In this document: one piece after another, positions 1 through 9,576 of the stretch
Layout: every line of letters begins with the position of its first letter
How positions within the stretch are numbered: position 1 is the stretch's first letter
Source: Syntrophales bacterium
GTDB taxonomy: Bacteria > Desulfobacterota > Syntrophia > Syntrophales > UBA2210
Reading direction: 5' to 3'
DNA length: 64,000 bases
NCBI GenBank assembly: GCA_963666365.2
Contig: CAXXNF010000002.1
Location: 1,344,001-1,408,000 of the forward strand
Translations under genes and position numbers: made by a program
Notes under the pieces: model-generated
What the model was told of the DNA's origin: nothing
Databases searched by the model: none
Seen by the model: only the letters and a program-made list of their open reading frames with translations

Positions 1-814
1 CATCCACGGGCAGGGCTTTCGCATTGCCGGCATCAAGAGTGTCAATGTACACCCGCAAAATAAATCGCACAATCTCCCTACGGTTATGGCGGTGATTATT
101 CTCATAGACCCGGAGAACGGATTCCCGCTGGCCATACTGGACGGCACCTGCCTGACGGCTATGCGCACCGGCGCCGCAGGGGCCGTGGCTGCAAAATATC
201 TCAGCAGGGAAAATTCGAGGATTGCCGGATTTGCGGGTTGTGGCGTTCAGGCACGCACACAACTGTCCTGCCTCCTTGAAGTGCGCAGGATAGAAAAAGT
301 CACAATCTGGCAGGTCAGCCAGGATGTGCAGTGTAGTGCTGATTTTAAAGAATGGGTGGAAAATACCTACCACCTCGAAACCTTTGTCTCGTCCGATATA
401 GATAAAATAACTACAGAAGCGGACATTCTCGTCACCACCACGCCTTCCCGCAGCCCTTTGGTGACCCGCGTGTCACCGGGAACACACATCAATGCCATCG
501 GCGCAGACGCAGTGGGAAAACAGGAAATCGATCCCCGAGTACTCAGAAAAGCAAAAATTGTCATTGACGACTGGTCACAGGCATCGCACAGCGGAGAAAT
601 AAATGTTCCTCTCAGCAAAGGACAGATTACACAAGAGGATGTCTATACAGAGCTCGGACGCATTGCGGCGGGAAAAGCGGAAGGAAGAACATCGGAAGAT
701 GAAATAACCCTTTTCGATGCAACAGGTCTTGCAATCCAGGATGTGTCCTGCGCCTATATCGTCTATAAGGAACTCAGGGATACAGGCACACTGCAAAAAA
801 TTACACTGTTTTGA
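1..814 (+). CDS. Ornithine cyclodeaminase/mu-crystallin family protein, archaeal-type alanine dehydrogenase-like (5' end outside window)
   Basis: Frame is open from base 2 (IAGIKSVNVHPQN..LPTVMA). Motifs TAMRTGAAGAVAAKYL, GCGVQA, HINAIGAD, FDATGLAIQD. Confidence 0.85.
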   Translation, partial: IHGQGFRIAGIKSVNVHPQNKSHNLPTVMAVIILIDPENGFPLAILDGTCLTAMRTGAAGAVAAKYLSRENSRIAGFAGCGVQARTQLSCLLEVRRIEKVTIWQVSQDVQCSADFKEWVENTYHLETFVSSDIDKITTEADILVTTTPSRSPLVTRVSPGTHINAIGADAVGKQEIDPRVLRKAKIVIDDWSQASHSGEINVPLSKGQITQEDVYTELGRIAAGKAEGRTSEDEITLFDATGLAIQDVSCAYIVYKELRDTGTLQKITLF

Positions 815-844
815 TGACGAGCCGCTCCCCTTCAAACCGGCATG

Positions 845-1138
845 CTACTCCCAGGTGGCTCGTTTCAGCATCTCGTCAAATTCTTTTACGTCGACCGCAG
901 GCAGTGTGGTGAAGGCGATTCCCGTAAGACGATTCAGCGCAACCGAAGTTTCCATGGCCTGCCCTGGACTGGGGAACTCCAGTATCAGTATCAGATCGTA
1001 CTCACCCAAAAGCCCGTAAATGTGCATTACCTTTCCCCCATACTTCTCCACCAGCATGACGGCCTTCTCGGTCCGCTCACTGCTTGCCTCCTTTAACGCT
1101 TCCTGAGAATACTTTCCCAGCATTACAAACGTTCTCAT
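845..1138 (-). CDS. GYD domain-containing protein
   Basis: 97 aa with GGKV...LGEYD motif; G-rich RBS upstream. Confidence 0.8.
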   Translation of the reverse strand: MRTFVMLGKYSQEALKEASSERTEKAVMLVEKYGGKVMHIYGLLGEYDLILILEFPSPGQAMETSVALNRLTGIAFTTLPAVDVKEFDEMLKRATWE

Positions 1139-1182
1139 AATGATCCCCCCTGTGCCGGCGAGGCCGGCTGTTCATGTGTAAA

Positions 1183-1231
1183 GTTCTACGTTCTATGTTC
1201 TATGTTCTATGTTCTACGTTCTATGTGCTAT
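1183..1231. repeat. Heptamer tandem repeat (GTTCTAY) x7
   Basis: gttctac-gttctat-gttctat-gttctat-gttctac-gttctat-gtgctat read directly. Confidence 0.9.
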
Positions 1232-1391
1232 GATACGCGGCGTTCCCAATCAGCATCTCTTTATTCTTTGCTTGCAGTGTATAACCTATTTACTGTATTT
1301 TCAACCCCAGACCTTCCGACTTCCTTTACTACACCAGGGGAACCGCAAAAACATCGAACTTTGAGCAGTTTCCGTGACACCCCTTTATATC

Positions 1392-1420
1392 TTGACACCT
1401 TTTTTCCATAGTGATACTGT
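1392..1420 (+). promoter_or_regulatory. Sigma70-type promoter of glyQS
   Basis: TTGACA (1392-1397), 17-bp spacer, extended -10 TGaTACTGT; AAGGAGG RBS follows. Confidence 0.6.
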
Positions 1421-1463
1421 CCGGCCGATTTATTAACGATTTGACCATACTAAGGAGGCTACG

Positions 1464-2345
1464 GTGACCTTTCAGGAACTCATACTGGCCCTGAGCACAT
1501 ACTGGGCCGACCAGGGATGCATTATTCAACAGCCCTACGACATCGAGGTCGGCGCCGGCACATTCAATCCCGCCACATTTCTCAGGTCCCTGGGGCCTGA
1601 ACCGTGGAATGTGGCCTACGTGGAACCATCACGACGGCCCACCGACGGAAGATACGGTGAAAATCCAAATCGGCTGCAGCACTATTACCAGTATCAGGTG
1701 ATCATGAAACCGTCACCGATGAACATTCAGGATCTTTACCTGAATTCGCTCAAAAGCTTCGGCATCGATCCGCTGGACCACGACATTCGGTTTGTCGAAG
1801 ACGACTGGGAATCACCCACACTGGGCGCATGGGGCCTGGGCTGGGAGGTCTGGCTCGACGGCATGGAGATTACCCAGTTCACCTACTTTCAGCAGGTGGG
1901 AGGGATCGATCTGAATCCGATCTGCTGTGAAATCACCTACGGCATAGAGCGGATCGCTATGTATCTTCAGAACGTGGACAATGTCTATCACTTACAGTGG
2001 GGACACGGTGTCACCTACGGCGATGTCCACCACCGGAGCGAAGTGGAATTTTCCACCTACAACTTTGAATACGCCGATGTGAACATGCTCAGGACGCTTT
2101 TCACCATGTACGAAGAAGAGGCGGAAAAAATGGCCGGCCGAAACCTGGTCCTTCCCGCCTACGATTACTGCCTCAAATGTTCCCATGTCTTCAATATTCT
2201 CGACGCACGGGGCGCAATCAGCGTGACCGAGCGGACAAGCTACATCGGGCGGGTACGCAACCTGGCCCGGCTTTCCGCCGAGGGATACGTGAAACAGCGT
2301 GAAGAGATGGGCTACCCGCTCATGGGGAAGTGGAACAGCAAATAA
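1464..2345 (+). CDS. glyQ: Glycine--tRNA ligase alpha subunit
   Basis: [51 protein letters not shown] start with strong RBS. Confidence 0.98.
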   Translation: MTFQELILALSTYWADQGCIIQQPYDIEVGAGTFNPATFLRSLGPEPWNVAYVEPSRRPTDGRYGENPNRLQHYYQYQVIMKPSPMNIQDLYLNSLKSFGIDPLDHDIRFVEDDWESPTLGAWGLGWEVWLDGMEITQFTYFQQVGGIDLNPICCEITYGIERIAMYLQNVDNVYHLQWGHGVTYGDVHHRSEVEFSTYNFEYADVNMLRTLFTMYEEEAEKMAGRNLVLPAYDYCLKCSHVFNILDARGAISVTERTSYIGRVRNLARLSAEGYVKQREEMGYPLMGKWNSK

Positions 2346-2373
2346 CCAGCGACACTGCAAAAAGGGACATCTC

Positions 2374-4446
2374 ATGGCCAAAGAACTATTATTGGAAATT
2401 GGAACCGAAGAAATACCGGCAGCCTTTCTGCCGAAGGCGCTCCGCGACATGGCGCAGATGATCGGCCGCACACTGAATGAATTGCATATCCCCCATGGTG
2501 AAGTCACCACCATGGGCACTCCGCGGAGGCTTGTCATGTCCGTGGCCGATGTGGCCGTACGACAGGAAGACCAGGTAGTCGAAAAAATGGGACCGGCGGT
2601 CCGGGTCGCCTTTGACGAGACAGGAACCCCCACCAGGGCCGCCCAGGGCTTTGCCCGGGGACAGGGACTCGAGGTGTCCGAACTGGAAAGGATAACCACC
2701 GAAAAAGGAGAGTACCTGGTGGCCCGTAAAAAGATTGCCGGGGATGACGCCGCCACGATTCTCGCATCATTCCTGCCCGATTTCATCAAGGCCATCCCCT
2801 TCCAGAAATCTATGCGATGGATGGACCTGGATATCCGTTTTGCACGGCCTATCCACTGGATAGTGGCACTCTTCGGCGGCGAGGTGATTCCCTTCACCCT
2901 TGAAAACATCAGAAGCGGGAATACCAGCAGGGGACACCGATTCATGAAACCGGACACCTTCGAGGTAGCTGATTTTGACGACTACCTCAAAAAGACGGAA
3001 GCGCACTTCGTGATCGTCGATCCCGAACGGCGCAAATCAATCATTATGGAAGAGGCCAGAAAAGCGGCGGCGGCCGTCTCCGGCGCCGTTTTGGAGAATG
3101 ACAGGCTGCTGGACGAAGTTGCCTATCTCATCGAATATCCTTCGGTGGTATGCGGCGCCTTTGACAAGGAATTTCTTGCACTGCCCCGTGAAGTACTCAT
3201 CACTTCAATGATGAAACACCAGAAATACTTCGCCGTCACCGACGGAGCGGACCGGCTGCTTCCTCACTTCATCACCGTCAACAACACCGTGGCAAAGGAT
3301 CCCGCAGTGGTTGCCGCGGGCAATCAGAAGGTTCTGCGGGCGCGACTGGCCGATGCCCGGTTCTTTTTTGACGAAGACCAGAAGAAGCCCCTGGCGGACC
3401 GTCTGGACGACCTCAAACACGTGGTCTTCCACAGCCTTCTGGGCACGTCCTATGAAAAGGTCATGCGATTCCGTGAACTGGCACTATACATCGCGGAGCG
3501 GATCGCCCCGCAACGGATGGCACTGGTGGATCGAACGGCCCTTCTCTGCAAGGCCGATCTCGAAACCCAGATGGTGTATGAGTTTACGGAACTGCAGGGT
3601 GTCATGGGTCGGGAATACGCCCGTCTTGACGGAGAAGATCCCGAGGTGTCCACCGCAATCTACGAGCACTACCTGCCCGTGGCCGCCGGCGGTGAGCTTC
3701 CCGGAACCGACACGGGATCGATCGTCAGTATCGCCGACAAGACCGACACCATCACGGGTTGCTTCAGCGTCAATCTCATTCCCACGGGAACGGCCGATCC
3801 TTACGCGCTTCGGCGGCAGTCCCTGGGCATTATAAATATTATTTTGAACAAAGCCTATCCCCTGCGAATCGACGACATTGTCGATAAAAGCCTGGCCATA
3901 CTTTCCGACAAGCTCAAGCGTCCTGCCGACGAAGCAAAGAAAGATGTGATGGAATTTTTCAAGGGACGTTTTGAAAACCAGCTTATTGCTCAGGGACATC
4001 CCTACGACGTCGTCGACGCCGTGCTGGCCATCGATGGCGCCGATCTGGTACGGACCCTCAGCCGAATCGAAGCGGTGGAGGCGTTCAAGAGCCACCCTGA
4101 CTTCGAGCCGCTGGTAATCGCCTTTAAACGGGTGGTCAATATCCTCAAGGATTATAAAGGCGGCCCTGTTGATGCCGCGTTCTTCGAAGGCAACGAAGAG
4201 CGCAATCTCTACGGCGCCTTTGTTGACATCCGTGAGAAGGCAGCGGCAGCCATCGACGAGGATCGCTACAGCGATGCGCTGATCGAAATGGCCCGCCTGA
4301 GAAAACCGGTGGACGCCTTCTTCGATACCGTGCTTGTCATGGCCGAAGATGAAAAAGTCCGCACCAACCGGCTTTCGCTTCTGGCCGGTCTCAAGGGACT
4401 CTTTTTCAGAATTGCCGATTTTTCGAAAATCGTCACCGAGAAATAG
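2374..4446 (+). CDS. glyS: Glycine--tRNA ligase beta subunit
   Basis: ELLLEIGTEEIP, RFARPIHW, EFTELQGVMG, DPYALRR, NRLSLL; start moved to ATG 2374. Confidence 0.97.
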   Translation: MAKELLLEIGTEEIPAAFLPKALRDMAQMIGRTLNELHIPHGEVTTMGTPRRLVMSVADVAVRQEDQVVEKMGPAVRVAFDETGTPTRAAQGFARGQGLEVSELERITTEKGEYLVARKKIAGDDAATILASFLPDFIKAIPFQKSMRWMDLDIRFARPIHWIVALFGGEVIPFTLENIRSGNTSRGHRFMKPDTFEVADFDDYLKKTEAHFVIVDPERRKSIIMEEARKAAAAVSGAVLENDRLLDEVAYLIEYPSVVCGAFDKEFLALPREVLITSMMKHQKYFAVTDGADRLLPHFITVNNTVAKDPAVVAAGNQKVLRARLADARFFFDEDQKKPLADRLDDLKHVVFHSLLGTSYEKVMRFRELALYIAERIAPQRMALVDRTALLCKADLETQMVYEFTELQGVMGREYARLDGEDPEVSTAIYEHYLPVAAGGELPGTDTGSIVSIADKTDTITGCFSVNLIPTGTADPYALRRQSLGIINIILNKAYPLRIDDIVDKSLAILSDKLKRPADEAKKDVMEFFKGRFENQLIAQGHPYDVVDAVLAIDGADLVRTLSRIEAVEAFKSHPDFEPLVIAFKRVVNILKDYKGGPVDAAFFEGNEERNLYGAFVDIREKAAAAIDEDRYSDALIEMARLRKPVDAFFDTVLVMAEDEKVRTNRLSLLAGLKGLFFRIADFSKIVTEK

Positions 4447-4447
4447 C

Positions 4448-4501
4448 ATAGGGACACTTCCCTTTTTAAAGTGAACTTTAAAAAGGGGGAAGTGTCCCTA
4501 T
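4448..4501. repeat. REP/REPIN-like palindromic element (GGGACACTTCCC family), copy 1
   Basis: ATAGGGACACTTCCC...GGGAAGTGTCCCTAT inverted pair between convergent genes. Confidence 0.85.
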
Positions 4502-4789
4502 TTTTTCTTCTACCGACTTGACCTTTCCTTCGAGGCGGCCGGAAGCGCCTTTCCGGTAATCTGCTCGAAGGGTGAGATAGACGCGGTCGGAATCCCTCTG
4601 CAGTTCTTCGAAACAGCGGTTCACAAGATCCATTACCTCAGCCCACTCCCCCTCGACGCTGGTTCCCATGGGACCGAGTCTGCAGGCGAGTCCGCTTTCC
4701 CTGATAATCCGTACCACCCGCGCCACATAGGGGCTGACACTGATCTCCTTATCGGTGGGAAAAATCGCAAAATCGATAAGCACACTCAT
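4478..4789 (-). CDS. MTH1187/YkoF-like thiamine-binding protein
   Basis: SVSPYVARVV..IRESGL...LGPMGTSVEGEW; AGGAG RBS before ATG 4789. Confidence 0.88.
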   Translation of the reverse strand: MSVLIDFAIFPTDKEISVSPYVARVVRIIRESGLACRLGPMGTSVEGEWAEVMDLVNRCFEELQRDSDRVYLTLRADYRKGASGRLEGKVKSVEEKIGTLPPF

Positions 4790-4888
4790 CGTACACTCCT
4801 TTTTATACTTTCTTCCGTACTTGTTTCTTTGAAAAGAAAGTGTTAGCATCCCGTGCATGATAGCACAGCACACAAAGGAGAGAAACAT

Positions 4889-5857
4889 ATGATTGATGAG
4901 ATAATGAAGGGGTTTTACCGGATCGAGGTACCCCTGCCCAACAGCCCCCTGAAGGAACTCAATTCATACGTCATTAAAGCGGACGACCGAAATCTGATTA
5001 TCGATACGGGATTCAACCGCACCGTCTGCCTGGAGGCAATGGAGGCGGGAATCAAAGCCCTGGATATCGATCTGTCCAGGACGGACTTTTTTATAACCCA
5101 CATGCACGCCGATCACGCGGGATTGGTGACGCGCCTTGCCACCGACACAAGCACCATCTACTTCAGCAGAGTGGACTCTCAGGTGTTTAAGCGTGAAGGC
5201 GGCTGGGAACCCATGGTTGCCTTCGCCGGAATCAACGGCTTCCCTTACGATGAGTTGATGAAGGCGCTTCACAATCACCCCGGTTTTAAATACAGTCCGG
5301 AAACAATACCTGAATTTCACCTGATCGACGATGGCGATGTAGTAGAAATAGGCAACTACCGTTTTCACTGCGTGGCAACGCCCGGTCATACTCAGGGACA
5401 CATCTGCCTCTATGAAAAGGACAGGAAAACGTTCCTCTCGGGCGATCACATCCTCTACGACATCACCCCCCACATCGAATCCTGGGCCTACCAGACAAAT
5501 TCCCTTCGGGATTATATCGACAGTCTCGACAAGGTCTATGATTTTCCCGTTGATATCGTACTTCCGGGACATCGCAGTTTTTTCACCGATTTCAGGGGCC
5601 GGATCGATGCGCTGAAAAAGCACCACGAAGATCGCGCCGATGAAACACTGGAAGTCTTGGGAAACTCCCAGAAAAACGCCTATCAGATTGCGGCCGGTAT
5701 GACCTGGGATATCGATTGCGAAAGCTGGGACCTCTTTCCTATCGCTCAGAAGTGGTTCGCCACCGGCGAGGCTATTGCCCACCTGCGCTACCTTGAGGGC
5801 GAGGGGAGGGTTCACCGAAACACCGACACCGAAATCGTCACCTTTTCGGCGGCATGA
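4889..5857 (+). CDS. MBL-fold metallo-hydrolase
   Basis: IDTG, THMHADH, TPGHT, SGDH, LPGH; AAGGAG RBS before ATG 4889. Confidence 0.92.
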   Translation: MIDEIMKGFYRIEVPLPNSPLKELNSYVIKADDRNLIIDTGFNRTVCLEAMEAGIKALDIDLSRTDFFITHMHADHAGLVTRLATDTSTIYFSRVDSQVFKREGGWEPMVAFAGINGFPYDELMKALHNHPGFKYSPETIPEFHLIDDGDVVEIGNYRFHCVATPGHTQGHICLYEKDRKTFLSGDHILYDITPHIESWAYQTNSLRDYIDSLDKVYDFPVDIVLPGHRSFFTDFRGRIDALKKHHEDRADETLEVLGNSQKNAYQIAAGMTWDIDCESWDLFPIAQKWFATGEAIAHLRYLEGEGRVHRNTDTEIVTFSAA

Positions 5858-5893
5858 TTGCATAGCAGAACGATTGTTCATGGAGGCATTTGC

Positions 5894-6694
5894 ATGGCGC
5901 AACGTGTGCGGGGTAAAATCGCTATCATAGTGGGCGCCGGCCAGACACCGGGAGATACGATAGGGAACGGACGGGCGATGGCGATTCTCTTTGCCCGGGA
6001 GGGGGCTGACGTACTGCTGGTGGATCGACGTCCGGAATCCGCTGAAGAAACTCGGAATATGATAGAGGACGAAGGAGGAACGGCTTCTGTCTTTGAAGCC
6101 GACATCACAAAAACGGAGGATTGCAAAAATATCGCCGATGCCTGTGTCGGCCGGCACGGACGAATCGATATCCTTGTAAACAATGCCGGAACCGGCCGGG
6201 GGGACGGTGGGGCGGTAAGGCTGTCCGAAGATGCCTGGGATAACATATTCAACCTCAATCTCAAGGCGATGTACCGCACCTGCAAATATGTGCTTCCTGT
6301 TATGGAAGCCCAGGAATCCGGCGTAATAATAAATATCTCTTCAATAGCGGCAATCTGCGCCGCACGAATGCTCGCCTACAAGGCATCAAAGGCGGGGGTC
6401 AACGCCCTGACCCATATGATCGCGATGACTTACGCAAGAAAAGGAATCCGCTGCAATGCCATCATGCCGGGCCTCATGGAAACCCCCATGGCGATCGAAG
6501 GAATCTCAGGGGCATTGGGAATCGACAAAGCAGAATTAATCAAACAACGGGGGGCGGCGGTTCCCCTTAGAGGGGGAATGGGAACCGCCTGGGATACGGC
6601 CTATGCGGCACTTTTCCTTGCCTCCGATGAGGCGAAATTCATCACGTCGGTCATACTCCCGGTCGACGGGGGACAGTCTGCTCGGATCGGATAA
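5894..6694 (+). CDS. SDR family oxidoreductase
   Basis: DILVNNAG, NISS, YKASK, PVDGG. Confidence 0.92.
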   Translation: MAQRVRGKIAIIVGAGQTPGDTIGNGRAMAILFAREGADVLLVDRRPESAEETRNMIEDEGGTASVFEADITKTEDCKNIADACVGRHGRIDILVNNAGTGRGDGGAVRLSEDAWDNIFNLNLKAMYRTCKYVLPVMEAQESGVIINISSIAAICAARMLAYKASKAGVNALTHMIAMTYARKGIRCNAIMPGLMETPMAIEGISGALGIDKAELIKQRGAAVPLRGGMGTAWDTAYAALFLASDEAKFITSVILPVDGGQSARIG

Positions 6695-6716
6695 AACAAA
6701 AAAGGAGCAATAGAGA

Positions 6717-7259
6717 ATGGCACGAGTGGCAATGCTGGAAATGGATCAGGTCAGCGGAGAACTGCGAGACCGCTTTCAAAAAATGGAAGAACGCGGATTC
6801 GAAGTGCTCAATCTGTTCAAGGTGATGGCAAACAGTCCGGTGGTCGGCCGCGACTTTCTGAGGCTCGGCAATTCCATACTTTTTAAAGGCAGCGTGGAAC
6901 CCCGATTACGGGAACTGGCAATTCTCCGTGTGGGAAATCTGGCAAAGGCCATCTACGAATGGACACAGCATGTGCCTATGGCGCGGCAGGCCGGCCTCAC
7001 GAAGGAGCAGATCGATGCCATACCGAACTGGAACGGATCGAATCTTTTCAGCGAACAAGAACGGGCCGTTCTTCAATATACCGACGAAGTGGCCGAAACA
7101 ATTCGTGTCAGCGATGACACGTTTCAGGGAATAAAAAAATTTCTCACGGAGGAACAGATCGTGGAACTTACCACGACTATAGGATATTACGGCATGGTAT
7201 CCCGCATATTGGAGGCGCTCCAGGTGGAATTGGAAGACTCGCGGCTCTGCGGGAGATAA
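6717..7259 (+). CDS. Carboxymuconolactone decarboxylase/AhpD-like family protein
   Basis: LRELAILRV...YEWTQH, ERAVLQYTDE, EQIVEL...GYY; no CxxC. Confidence 0.82.
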   Translation: MARVAMLEMDQVSGELRDRFQKMEERGFEVLNLFKVMANSPVVGRDFLRLGNSILFKGSVEPRLRELAILRVGNLAKAIYEWTQHVPMARQAGLTKEQIDAIPNWNGSNLFSEQERAVLQYTDEVAETIRVSDDTFQGIKKFLTEEQIVELTTTIGYYGMVSRILEALQVELEDSRLCGR

Positions 7260-7280
7260 AAGATTTCAACATTTCAAAAA

Positions 7281-7291
7281 GGGGGGGGGGG
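7281..7291 (+). repeat. Poly-G tract (G11) at ribosome-binding position
   Basis: aaaaa-G11-aaacatc-ATG. Confidence 0.9.
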
Positions 7292-7298
7292 AAACATC

Positions 7299-8807
7299 AT
7301 GAACATCGCAGAACTTTCGGCACGCGAAATCGAACGATTCGGAGAACATGCAGCACTGATATTCGAAGACCGCAGCTTCACGAATGTGGAAATGAAAAAG
7401 GCCTCGGCACGACTGGGCAACGCCCTGAAGGGGCTTGGGGTCAAACGGGGGGATCGGGTCATCATACAGATGCCCAACTGTCCGGAGGTAATTCAGGGAT
7501 TTTACGCCGTCTATGGTATCGGCGCCGTGGTGGTTCCCATCAATTTCCTTGTGGGCGATGCCGAAACCGCGTACATTTATCAGGACACCGGCGCCGAAAC
7601 CATTATCAGCTCTGCGGAGTTTCTGCCCAAGATCGATGCCTGCCGGAAAGAGGCGCCGGCCATCAAGAACATCATCCTCATCGACAAAGAAACGCCGCCC
7701 GACGCCCTCTCCTACCATGAACTTCTCAGCAGAAATTCTGATGAGTTGGAACTTGAACCTACAGGCGACGACGATCTTGCCGCGCTGATCTATACGGCGG
7801 GAACGACAGGCAATCCGAAAGGGGTTATGCATACTCACGGCAGCCTCTATGCCAATGCAAAAATGCAATACGACACACTCGATCTTCCTTCGGGAATGAC
7901 CAGCATCGGCGTCCTGCCACTCTGCCATTCTTACGGCATCGCCAGCATGAACTACGGCGCCCTCCTGGGAGGTGGAACGGCGGTGATCATTCCATCTTTC
8001 GATCTGGACAAGGTCTTTGCCTCCATCGAAAAATACAAGGCCAACGTCATGGCCGCCGTTCCCACTATGTATATCTATATGCTCCTCTCGCCTCAGCTGC
8101 AAAACTACGACATCAGTTCCATGAAGTACTGGACCTGCGGGTCGGCCCCGCTCACCCTCGATACCTGGAACAGCTTCAAAGAGAAATTCGGGTACGAGAT
8201 CATCGAAGGCTGGGGGCTCACCGAAGCCGGCGCCAACAACTCCGTCAACCCCTTTCACGGCAAGAAAAAGGTCGGCTCCATCGGGTTGCCCATGAAGGGA
8301 ACCATAATGAAGGTCATCGATTTTTCGGGAAAGGAGCTTCCCGACGGAGAAGAGGGGGAGATCATCATTTCCGGTCCCATGCTGATGAAGGGATATTGGA
8401 ACAAGCCGAAGGAAACCGGGGAAGTGCTGAAAAACGGATGGCTCTATACCGGCGACGTAGGATACCGGGACAACGAAGGATATTTCTTCATCACCGGACG
8501 AAAGAAAGACATCATTATCAAAGGGGGGGAAAACATCGCCCCGAAAGAAATCGAAGAAGTGCTCTTCACTCACCCGAAGGTCTCGGAGGCAGCAGTCATC
8601 GGAGTCAAAGACGATGTCTACGGTGAAAACATCAAGGCCTTTGTCGTCCTGATGCCCGGAGAAAGCGCAGACCCGGAAGAACTTATCACCCACTGCGCCG
8701 AAAAATTGAGTAAATTCAAACTCCCGAAAGAAGTAGCCTTTTTAGACGCCCTGCCCAAAAATCTCGTCGGCAAGGTACTGAAAAAAGAACTGAGAAAAAT
8801 GGGATAG
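7299..8807 (+). CDS. Long-chain fatty acid--CoA ligase (AMP-binding)
   Basis: YTAGTTGNPKG, EGWGLTE, GWLYTGD, GRKKDIII, LPKNLVGK. Confidence 0.92.
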   Translation: MNIAELSAREIERFGEHAALIFEDRSFTNVEMKKASARLGNALKGLGVKRGDRVIIQMPNCPEVIQGFYAVYGIGAVVVPINFLVGDAETAYIYQDTGAETIISSAEFLPKIDACRKEAPAIKNIILIDKETPPDALSYHELLSRNSDELELEPTGDDDLAALIYTAGTTGNPKGVMHTHGSLYANAKMQYDTLDLPSGMTSIGVLPLCHSYGIASMNYGALLGGGTAVIIPSFDLDKVFASIEKYKANVMAAVPTMYIYMLLSPQLQNYDISSMKYWTCGSAPLTLDTWNSFKEKFGYEIIEGWGLTEAGANNSVNPFHGKKKVGSIGLPMKGTIMKVIDFSGKELPDGEEGEIIISGPMLMKGYWNKPKETGEVLKNGWLYTGDVGYRDNEGYFFITGRKKDIIIKGGENIAPKEIEEVLFTHPKVSEAAVIGVKDDVYGENIKAFVVLMPGESADPEELITHCAEKLSKFKLPKEVAFLDALPKNLVGKVLKKELRKMG

Positions 8808-8862
8808 GACTGACCCCGCTCAATGTTCTATGCCCAGAGGAGGGGATTTTCCCTGTTGACGC

Positions 8863-8909
8863 AAAAAAGACAGAAGCCGGAACAATTCCGGCTTCTGTCT
8901 TTTGTTTTT
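8863..8909. terminator. Bidirectional intrinsic terminator
   Basis: AAAAGACAGAAGCCGGAA-caa-TTCCGGCTTCTGTCTTTT between convergent genes. Confidence 0.85.
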
Positions 8910-8948
8910 AAGCCAAGGGTTTATGGCCTCTTGCCTGTCACCCTGCGT

Positions 8949-9398
8949 CTACATAAAAATCATGCCCAGAGTCTCGGCGATACAGGCCGGCTTATCCACT
9001 CCTTCGATCTCGATGGTATGGGTGGTGGTCATAAGAAAGCGCCCGTTTCCCTTGTCTTCCAGATTCGTCAATACAATGCGGTCGCGGATTTTGGACCCGG
9101 AAAGAACAGGGTTCAGGAACCGAACCTTGTTGAGGCCGTAATTGATGGACATTTTTGCATCGTCAAAGTGGATCGGCATCTGATAGCTGAAAAAGGGAAT
9201 GTGGGAAAGCGTTAAAAAACCATGGGCGATGGTCTGACCGAAGGGGCCCTTCCTGGCCTTTTCCACATCCACATGAATCCACTGATGATCGGCAGTGCAT
9301 TCGGCAAACTGATTGATCTGATCCTGCGTTATTTCCGTCCAATCGGACAAATACACTTCCTTTCCGATAAGACCCCTCACTTCTTCCACTGATGACAT
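8949..9398 (-). CDS. MaoC family dehydratase
   Basis: FAECTADHQWIHVD, IAHGFLTLS, NYGLNKVRF. Confidence 0.92.
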   Translation of the reverse strand: MSSVEEVRGLIGKEVYLSDWTEITQDQINQFAECTADHQWIHVDVEKARKGPFGQTIAHGFLTLSHIPFFSYQMPIHFDDAKMSINYGLNKVRFLNPVLSGSKIRDRIVLTNLEDKGNGRFLMTTTHTIEIEGVDKPACIAETLGMIFM

Positions 9399-9576
9399 AT
9401 CGCTACTCCTTCCATTTTAATAGTTATTTACATTCCTGCGAATTTTGAATACTTTCCTGCATACCAGTTCACCGCTCAAAGTCAAGCAGATAAATGGGAA
9501 GTCTCTTCTTCCGGCGTCGTTGCGGTGAAGGGGTATAAAGTGTAAAAACATGTATATGCAAAGACCCGCTTCTTTC

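Noticed and set aside
1183..1231. Alphaproteobacterial LexA box GTTC-N7-GTTC
   Set aside because: GTTC recurs every 7 nt, not 11.
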